64,000 nucleotides of DNA from an uncultured Clostridia bacterium (GTDB taxonomy: Bacteria > Bacillota > Clostridia > Christensenellales > Borkfalkiaceae), in NCBI GenBank assembly GCA_944376295.1, contig CALWCE010000003.1, positions 10,723-74,722 on the forward strand, read 5' to 3'. The notes under the pieces are model-generated. The model had not been told where the DNA came from, made no database searches, and saw only the letters and a program-made list of their open reading frames with translations. Of this stretch, positions 27,901 to 32,502 are shown piece by piece (the stretch's first letter is position 1; every line of letters starts with the position of its first letter). A program made the position numbers and the translations under genes.

Positions 27901-29671
27901 CTATACCTATTTCATCTACAACAACCGCATCAAGGAGAGCCGTCAGCTCGTGGATATGCAGTCGGATTCGCGGGAATTGTGTTATAAGATCCTGCTTTCG
28001 GAAGGCGAAGTCGTACACCTTCGCAATCGCGACGGCGACGAGGTGGAACTTACGGCGGAAGAGTTTGCTTCTCTTGTAAATCACACTTCGGATAAGGACT
28101 ATGCGCGCGAAGAAAAGCCGCGCATTGCGGTGCATATCCCGCAGGCGGCGATGATCAGGAGCTACGAAAAGGCGTCGCTCTTCCGCGCGCCGAACGGCAC
28201 CGACTTTGCGGGGTACAGCTACTATCTTCCCAATTCGGTACTGCATGAAAGCGCCGATGGAAGCAACGCGGCGGAGGCACGGCTTGCGGAGGACTTCACG
28301 GTCAGGATGCGCAAGGGCGAGGAGGAAGTGGAGCTTACGGCAAAAGAGTTTTCCGAACTTGTCGGGAAGACGACGGCGGAGGACTACAAGCGCGAGCCGA
28401 CCGCAATGGAAGAGTCCCGCGAGCAGCAGGCAGAGAAAGAGGAGTGGAAAGAGATCGCCGTGAGCGAACAGGCAGTCATTGCCAACTACGAAAAGAGTAC
28501 GCTTCTCAAGATGCCGAAGGGAAAGTACGAGGGGATGGTGTACTACATTCCGAGCGGCATGGTGCGCAAGGACGAAAACGGTATCCGTCTGCGCTTGCCC
28601 GAAGATTTCGAGGTGCATCTCAAAGACAAGAGCGCGGACGAGAACATCGACCTTTCTCCCGCGGAGCTTCAAGCCGAACTTGCGGGAAAAACGGACGAGG
28701 ACTACGAAAGCATTTACCGCCGTCCGAGTAAGGAAGCGAGGAAGAAGTTTAAACAGGTGGAGAAAAACTTACGCGAGAGCCTGCCCGACGAGATGAAGAA
28801 CAAGCCTAACTGGGTGGTCGTGCGCACACGCGAGAACAAGGAAACGGGCAGGCTGGACAAATTCCTCATCGACGTACATACGGGTAAGTTTGCCGAGAGC
28901 AATGAGCCCGAAACGTGGACGGACTTCGACGCGGCCTGCAAGTACGCGAAAGAACACGGCGGCGTGGCGCTTGCCTATGCGTTGGACGGCACGGACGGTA
29001 TCGCGTGCATCGACCTCGATCACTGTATCGGGGAGGATGGCAAGCGTTCCGCGCTTGCGGACGAAGTGCTTGCAAAGTGCGGCAAGACGTATGTCGAGCA
29101 TTCGGTCAGCGGCAGGGGCATCCATGTATTCGGTAGGACGAAGGGAACAGACCTTCGCTCGTTCTCCAAAGACGGGGATATGGAATACTACCAAGACAGA
29201 CACTTCATCACGATGACGGGCGACGGGGCAAACTGTTCCGAGCTTGCAAGTTTCGATGCGCCCGAAATGCAGAGCCTGCTTGAACGCAAGTTGGAGCGTC
29301 GGACGGAATGGAAGAACGTGGGCAAGGGCGAAGCAGGGCTTTCGCAGATGGATGATCGCGAACTTCTCGAAAAGGCGTTTTCGGCAAAGAACGGCGATAC
29401 GGTCAGGCGGCTGTATCACGGCGAAGACCTCAGGCACAACCATTCCAATTCGGATATGTCGCTCATGAACTATCTCGCCTTTTATTCGGGCGGGAATGTG
29501 GAGCAGATGACGCGCATCTTTGCAACGAGCGGACTTTTTCGCCCCGATAAACCTGCAAGCTATTACGAATACACGGCGATCAAAGCCGCAAAAGATACGC
29601 CGCACTATACGCCGCCGAAAGCGAAGAGTTCCGCGCCGAAAGCGGCAAGCGGCGGGAACAGTAAGGCGTAA
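18971..29671 (+). CDS. Giant polyvalent conjugative-element protein: ArdC-N-like + MutS-domain-I-like + N6-adenine MTase + SNF2 helicase + repeat domains + AEP primase-polymerase + PriCT-like
   Basis: Uninterrupted 3566-aa ORF. MutS-I-like: VSPVYRQYLEAQK..LLRVGDFYEVMGENA..MCGFPY (~19795-20080). MTase: GTGNFF (~22036) and NVPF (~22220). SNF2: GAGKTF (~24068), DEAQ (~24554), QREGRIIRQG (~25562). AEP: DLDH (29012) and SGRGIHVF (29108). Confidence 0.85.
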   Translation: MAEHRLSERNAKIAAMLESGEGLKNFYRFIAQNEYINLHDACQIVVERPNVTVCNTMEEWNAMGRRVIKGRKSIAYYDHDGYKQFVFDANDTYGDGRYQRPILPLKHLLIGLDELNGTNAYEENGRSDYRKIHNGVYTYLEKQNELTGDEQYDRLLAEGIAYSLYCKTGFPKTQNIRLHELPYSYRENAAFVKELYIRSELLAEEIEEAYQSKQSEVEVIIDIDEETVSDEPIVQSEPAEQTETREQPEQGVETADEIRASEQEGENLAPEQDAAVSPVYRQYLEAQKRDPKAIVLLRVGDFYEVMGENARIVAEEVGLSLTSRDVGLSERVPMCGFPYFASDAYIEKILEKHGVILAEDGKEPRYVLSHAEALEQREKEETAHGEEAEELAELFGEEAEQTSSPVRKPILVEIDDEPNPFDDGQSEEEKTEEDDFADDEADFEDEPEQEETETAPAPKKDEKGIQDRKRKQKPQMSMFDLIEPKSEREQLIERALQYGSGFENGKYRIFDKYNENPTPKAFTDFVKHEYGIGGHGSTNGDDEWHDGKGIRISHDGTDGKLEVLLKWQDVAFRIADLIDDDNYLTEQEKAEYVKYRAEQNRKKELRAEEERQKRELIEQVIVKEPPARKQRILDEYSKMSKVVDFAVFLCDDYGTATEATSQYHARYDKNGVWMAKYDRVGNTELRVYLSWEQFAEKVCGVIERERLFAPEEAVYNQSFADRMVELGTQNTTDGTYSFYFGTFEKDEGYVRAHCEEIKEVLLSREEVKTVGSDEWYIRAEFYKEYCEKLKGTEEARREHDARIEAIAARIVEEGTKNTTEGNWVTFFDEFGEDETFAREHAEKIAAELERHQEVSDVELTPDAFDTNFYLDYCPNYLPQEGEDGYEESEPSNSEQGENTDLTAILDQTDLGGAKTRFKNNVAAIRLINFLDERNAAATDTEKKVLSQFVGWGGLSQAFDEKNESWKKEYAELKTLLSAEDYEQARSSTLNAYYTPKEVIGGVYAALQRFGVKANNRILEPAMGTGNFFGYMPKEIAEGSRLYGVELDNITGRIAAKLYPQASVQIKGFEDTSFPDDKFDLVVGNVPFGGYGVADSDYNRYNFKVHDYFLAKSVDKVRPGGIVAVITSKGTMDKLNPSARKYVAERAELLGAVRLPNNAFKQTAGTEAVADILFFRKREERITDLSREEWLGTGKTEEGYEINNYFLAHPEMILGTLAEEHGLYGGIDTTVKPDGRDLKDALAEAILHLPQGFYNNPETPPEQERETEVDYNVKPFCYKAERGKLYQRVGDEMVEQSIPKTPKDAYQRICGMIGLRESLHHILDIQIAGCSDEVLKSEQQKLNSRYDLFVKKYGNLNSQTNSKLFKDDGDSALLFACEDVDEQTKTVTKAGVFYIRTIRPYVVPTSTDDPFEALQISKNERGRVDIAYIEELTGKSYDTVLSELGNAVFRDPEQVNAEDQYSGFVTSEEYLSGQVVTKLERAKALAAEHPEYPKNVAALEAVQPEPLSASEIAVRLGATWVDKAYYKQFYCELVGVRWYQESDVDLFYNPHDSSWRIDQTPNVRYTTQMNQTEVYGTKRAPAYRLFIDAVNLKATTIYDTIEEDGREKRVLNQAETIAAREKQNKIKEAFAEWIFKDPERREELEATYNRLFNRTRLPSYDGSYLKFPEMNPAIELKPHQRNAVHRIITSPSSTLLHHVVGAGKTFTVIASIMKMRQLGLCKKAMVTVPNHLVQQWAGEWRKLYPNANILVASKEDLEKDNRKKFVSKVALGDWDGVIIAQSSFAKIPISQERQIGKLQEEIASVEETIERQWEESGAPRGAVKNLERIKKTKLAQLKKLMSDSGKDDVLKFEDLGVDYLFVDEAQNFKNLFLFSKMNNVAGISNAASQRASDLKLKCEYLQELHGSNRGVVFATGTPISNSMTEMYTMQTYLQPSVLRDLGITFFDGWAADFGETVTAMELSPSGQGYRARTRFAKFTNLPELLKLYRSFADVQTADMVKLNVPEAERHVINLKPSDTIIELAEEIADRADRIYGGGVDSHIDNMLKVTSDGKKLALDPRCYLPTSEDDAGSKLNACAQNIFEIWGDTQDIRGTQIVFCDLSTPKVRFDEYKYGTDFDAYNDLKYKLVQKGIPAQEIAFIHEANTDEQKQALFDKVNAGAVRVLVGSTEKCGAGTNVQKRLVALHHLDTPYRPSDMEQREGRIIRQGNTNEKVQIYTYVMERTFDSYSYQILENKQRFISQINRGDLTIREAEDIDETTLSYAEIKAITAANPKIKRKMEVDAEVARLRVLEGQYRKNLYDLQDKIYKTYPEEIRKQELLIERIGKDLEMLKTRRPADPEAFEIGVNGKVYLGRKEGGKALMDALYGGKVGTPVAEYCGFKIGMNPMSFLATEREITLAGEGQYVITIGDSASGNLTRLDNFLNDLPEREKRLKSKLEQLKSDLVIAKEQAGKPFEQAERLKELLSEQAQLNAELNLNKREEAIVDDGDEEEEDETAYRALPDMQRQNREVNIIDEEDKVAAMQVDLLPDYTVTQADMHAYGYTWDGMLPVGRRTAYRLWAMGLGVHKLAPDDTDMPIEQYGDLNPHERVYYGIEKPVWINYLKDEKSLPYLYARKVFCDAASKVANEDMSSVDERFTIDFIETNFKERTALERHLANKERPDPNVLPGYVPELLDEFSARMWSDVLHEYGWTESDVPRAIAEHLEEPALQKAANQFLSRETEKEDGSPLYEENSGMTNSVKEIDYEAEVIKSVNTEFEVYKTDVLSHSPEDIFYENYKIHVMTEIKEVIEEGVQEGYLEKEHYKALYEERGSILTALYDDFIGDEYASVNNYGETAEFIKNYCERYHLSAMVEHEKQPKKEEEDLAESKYLKETARGYKVVSIAQDKNGRNVAVVQRKNDFTVAVGYDTSDGTWAQGVYDFKNEAAANEYREKYYGKDVEPPEKWYEVFVSRDALIKTYEKFSLMRMPSANREYADYTYFIYNNRIKESRQLVDMQSDSRELCYKILLSEGEVVHLRNRDGDEVELTAEEFASLVNHTSDKDYAREEKPRIAVHIPQAAMIRSYEKASLFRAPNGTDFAGYSYYLPNSVLHESADGSNAAEARLAEDFTVRMRKGEEEVELTAKEFSELVGKTTAEDYKREPTAMEESREQQAEKEEWKEIAVSEQAVIANYEKSTLLKMPKGKYEGMVYYIPSGMVRKDENGIRLRLPEDFEVHLKDKSADENIDLSPAELQAELAGKTDEDYESIYRRPSKEARKKFKQVEKNLRESLPDEMKNKPNWVVVRTRENKETGRLDKFLIDVHTGKFAESNEPETWTDFDAACKYAKEHGGVALAYALDGTDGIACIDLDHCIGEDGKRSALADEVLAKCGKTYVEHSVSGRGIHVFGRTKGTDLRSFSKDGDMEYYQDRHFITMTGDGANCSELASFDAPEMQSLLERKLERRTEWKNVGKGEAGLSQMDDRELLEKAFSAKNGDTVRRLYHGEDLRHNHSNSDMSLMNYLAFYSGGNVEQMTRIFATSGLFRPDKPASYYEYTAIKAAKDTPHYTPPKAKSSAPKAASGGNSKA

Positions 29672-29676
29672 AGTAA

Positions 29677-29698
29677 GCGGCTGCCGAAAGGCAGCCGC
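29677..29698. terminator. Bidirectional terminator-like hairpin between convergent genes
   Basis: GCGGCTGCC-gaaa-GGCAGCCGC, a perfect 9-bp stem. There is no clear U-tract on either side. Confidence 0.45.
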
Positions 29699-29709
29699 GA
29701 GGGGATGAG

Positions 29710-31137
29710 TTATTGGGAAAGAATATCGTCGGCGGTGATCAGAACAGTATTCGGATGAGCGGCCGCATATTCCTTTACGCCGTCTGTAAAACCGGATAAG
29801 GAGAAGAGATAATACCATACTTCGCCCTGAAGCGATAATTTTGCTTGCAGCTTTTTTAGCTGCCCCATATCGAACGGCTCACCGGTAAATTTACATTCTC
29901 CCAAAATGTATTTCGTTTGGGTGCTGTCGGTGGCATAGATGTCGATCTCTTCCGACGTCGTATAAGGCTTTGTGCCCTCATCCCGATGTGTGACTTTTCC
30001 CCAAAACCTTCCGATCTTGAGGAAACGGAAGGGCGTTTTTCCCGACTTGCGCAGATTTCTCAGATAGGAAATGCAGATATTCTCGAAAGGGGAGGCGGAA
30101 ATGCGGTGCAGGTTGGGCTGTATCACTTCTTCATAGACGGTCTGCGCTTCGCCCTGTACAAGCTCGGAGAGATAGGGATAGCAGAAAGAATACCAGAACG
30201 CGAAGAAGCTGTCCGTCAGCTTGTATTCGCCCTGTGTCCGCTTGGTCATGTTTTTGGAACTTTCCGTAACGGAAAATTCGTGCGTGATGAGCCCGATCTC
30301 GATCATTGCCTTTAAGTATGGATAGAGTTTGCTGCTTTCGAGCAGGGAGCGTTCGCCGATCTCGTTGAATCGGCTGCTCCCATAGGCGATGGCCTCGGCG
30401 ATCGTATTGTAGACGGCAGGTTCGCGGAATTCCTGATGCAGGATATATTCGACCTCGTTAAAGAGCACAGACCCTTTGGAGAGGATATTCTTGATGATAT
30501 TGTCGCGCAGGGAGAGTTTTTCGTCAAACTGAATGAGATAGTGCGGGATGCCGCCAAGAATGGAGTAGGCAATGACCTTTTCTTCCGTCGAATAGCGGGG
30601 AAAGAATTTGATCGCATCCGAAAAGGGCAGGGGCTCCAGCTTGTAGTTTCCCGTCATTCTGCCATAGAGCGGATTTTTGGAGGAGAGGATCTCATCTTCC
30701 ATAAAGCTCAAAGAGCTGCCGCAGATCACGAGCATCAGGTTGGAATGTTTCAGCTTATGATCCCAAAGCGCTTGCAAAATAGATGGGATGCCGCTGTTTC
30801 CCTTGCACATATAGGGAAATTCGTCGATGACGACGACGAGTTTCTCCTCTCCCGCAAGGTCGGGCAAGCGGGAAAAGACATCCTCCCAATCTGCAAAAGC
30901 CTTGATGAAAGAACGGGAATTGCCAAAGGAGAGGACGCATTCGGAAAACTTTGCAAATTGCTGTTTATCCGTCGTTTCCGTACAGGCATAAAAAAGATTT
31001 GGTTTATCTTTGCAAAACTCGGTCAAAAGCTCGGTCTTTCCGACGCGGCGCCTGCCATACAGGACGATAAATTCAGCTTTTGAAGAATGATAATGCTCAT
31101 TCAAAAATTGCAGCTCCTGCGTTCTTCCGATAAACAT
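29710..31137 (-). CDS. AAA+ ATPase with winged-helix and C-terminal PD-(D/E)xK-like (DUF234-type) domain
   Basis: 475 aa. Walker A GRRRVGKT, Walker B VVVIDEFPY, and a central wHTH-like segment. The C-terminus EIDIYATD...ILGECKF fits a D...ExK nuclease-fold motif. It lies on the opposite strand to the ICE backbone. Confidence 0.75.
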   Translation of the reverse strand: MFIGRTQELQFLNEHYHSSKAEFIVLYGRRRVGKTELLTEFCKDKPNLFYACTETTDKQQFAKFSECVLSFGNSRSFIKAFADWEDVFSRLPDLAGEEKLVVVIDEFPYMCKGNSGIPSILQALWDHKLKHSNLMLVICGSSLSFMEDEILSSKNPLYGRMTGNYKLEPLPFSDAIKFFPRYSTEEKVIAYSILGGIPHYLIQFDEKLSLRDNIIKNILSKGSVLFNEVEYILHQEFREPAVYNTIAEAIAYGSSRFNEIGERSLLESSKLYPYLKAMIEIGLITHEFSVTESSKNMTKRTQGEYKLTDSFFAFWYSFCYPYLSELVQGEAQTVYEEVIQPNLHRISASPFENICISYLRNLRKSGKTPFRFLKIGRFWGKVTHRDEGTKPYTTSEEIDIYATDSTQTKYILGECKFTGEPFDMGQLKKLQAKLSLQGEVWYYLFSLSGFTDGVKEYAAAHPNTVLITADDILSQ

Positions 31138-31185
31138 GATCTACCTCAACAGAATTTAGTTTAGCATAATCACGATTATATAAAT

Positions 31186-31214
31186 ATTATAACTCACGCA
31201 AATGATTTTGTCAA
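31186..31214 (-). promoter_or_regulatory. Consensus promoter of the ATPase gene
   Basis: On the minus strand: TTGACA (rc 31209-31214), 17-nt spacer, TATAAT (rc 31186-31191). The spacer contains ATTTGCG (rc 31197-31203), the same core as the upstream repeat array but inverted. Confidence 0.55.
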
Positions 31215-31275
31215 GAGGAAAGTTTGTCGAAAAAGAAAGGGAAGGATCGAAACGTTCTGAGCGTTCATTCGGAGA

Positions 31276-31430
31276 ATATGCGGCGCTCTGTTTTATAGAT
31301 TTGCGGAATTTCATTTAACAGATTTGCGCTGTTCTGTTGCGGTGATTTGCGGCATTTTGTTGGAGTAATTTGCGGTATTTTACCGAAGAGATTTGCGGTA
31401 AACAACGGGAACAGCAAATAAAATATGCGG
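31276..31430. repeat. Iteron-like array: AT(T/A)TGCG(G/C) repeated six times at exactly 23-bp spacing, plus one more copy
   Basis: Core starts at 31276 (ATATGCGG), 31299, 31322 (ATTTGCGC), 31345, 31368 and 31391 (ATTTGCGG), plus ATATGCGG at 31423. The array is intergenic, between the DinD-like stop and the ATPase promoter. Confidence 0.85.
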
Positions 31431-31455
31431 CTGCTGTTCGGCAGCCGCAGGAGGG

Positions 31456-32295
31456 TCAGTCGTTTTTGGATTTGAGTTGTTTGCGGGTTTCGGCTTCCAG
31501 CTCTTTGATGCTTTTTTCGGGAGTAGGAAGATCTTCCGGCATGGTGCCGCCGAGTCCTTTGATCGTTTCCCGAACGGCTTTGCCGACCTGATAGTGTGCG
31601 GCATTGGCATTTTGCGGGGTGTCCGTTCCTTCGCGGCGCATTTTAGCTTCGGTCTGTGTGATGCGGAAGAGGTTGGCGGCGAGTTCTTCGCTGCCCATAA
31701 AATCCAGGATCTCTTCACCGTCTTTCAGTCCCTTGTTTTCGGCAATGTCCTGCGCGGTCATGCCGCCATAGAGGCCTTGATAGCCCGCATCCTGGAAGGT
31801 GGCATATTCCAAGGAGGTGATGATACCCGCCTTTTTTGCGGCTTCGGCAAGCAGCATATTCTTTTGCTTGATGTCACCGCGGATGAACAGGCGTTTTTCA
31901 TCTTCGGAGAGGCATTCATAAAGTTCGGCGAGCTCTTGTTGCCGTGTTTTGACGGCGAAATATGTTTGCCCCCAAGCGATGACATCTTTGCGGGGATCCC
32001 CGTTCATCACGATGAGATAGCAAGCATAGCGGGTGAGTTTGTAATCGATGATCTCACTCTTCCGCCCTTTCCCGGAGATGATTGACTTCCTGACCTCAGG
32101 AAAACAATCCGCAACACTTTGTTGGCTGATCTTACAGGCGATTTGCGCGGTCTTTATGACCTTATGGAAATTTTCCCATTTGGTGTATTGCAATGCAGTT
32201 TGCAATTCACGGGCAAGCCAGTATTCGTTGCCGTTTTCATCGATGTGCCGAAGGTCATCAAACAACTTTTTCTGTGTGGTGTCAAGCTCATTCAT
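31456..32295 (-). CDS. dinD: DinD-like DNA-damage-inducible protein D family protein (Bro-N-type N-terminus)
   Basis: 279 aa from the ATG at 32295. NGNEYWLARELQTALQYTKWENF and YACYLIVMNGDPRKDVIAWGQTYFAVKTRQQELAE closely match the conserved DinD core. The longer track ORF (to 32526) overlaps plus-strand genes and looks spurious. Confidence 0.7.
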   Translation of the reverse strand: MNELDTTQKKLFDDLRHIDENGNEYWLARELQTALQYTKWENFHKVIKTAQIACKISQQSVADCFPEVRKSIISGKGRKSEIIDYKLTRYACYLIVMNGDPRKDVIAWGQTYFAVKTRQQELAELYECLSEDEKRLFIRGDIKQKNMLLAEAAKKAGIITSLEYATFQDAGYQGLYGGMTAQDIAENKGLKDGEEILDFMGSEELAANLFRITQTEAKMRREGTDTPQNANAAHYQVGKAVRETIKGLGGTMPEDLPTPEKSIKELEAETRKQLKSKND

Positions 32296-32301
32296 AAAAT
32301 C

Positions 32302-32330
32302 ATTATAGCACAAGAGCCCGGGAATGGCAA
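32302..32330 (-). promoter_or_regulatory. Candidate promoter giving a (near-)leaderless DinD-like mRNA
   Basis: On the minus strand: TTGCCA (rc 32325-32330), 17-nt spacer, TG-extended TATAAT (rc 32302-32307). The -10 ends only 6 nt before the ATG, and there is no SD sequence. Confidence 0.4.
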
Positions 32331-32367
32331 CCCTTGCCCTATACAAAAAAACAGTTAGGAGGAGAAC

Positions 32368-32502
32368 ATGAAAAACAAAGAAAAACCTGAAATTCTGATC
32401 CCGAAAGGGTATTCGGTGGACGAGATGCTCGATCTGGACGGGGATCTGTGGGATGAAAAGCCCATCGGGGTGGAGGAGGTAAAGATACACTTTGAGCGAT
32501 GA
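32368..32502 (+). CDS. Small acidic ORF (44 aa) preceding ardC
   Basis: This ORF is not in the track. An AGGAGG RBS lies 6 nt before the ATG at 32368. Sequence: MKNKEKPEILIPKGYSVDEMLDLDGDLWDEKPIGVEEVKIHFER. Its stop overlaps the ardC start. Confidence 0.3.
   Translation: MKNKEKPEILIPKGYSVDEMLDLDGDLWDEKPIGVEEVKIHFER

Noticed and set aside
31276-31430. Considered whether the phased repeats are a small CRISPR array
   Set aside because: The conserved unit is only ~8 nt with ~15-nt variable parts. There is no palindromic repeat and no cas genes, so it is reported as an iteron-like array instead.
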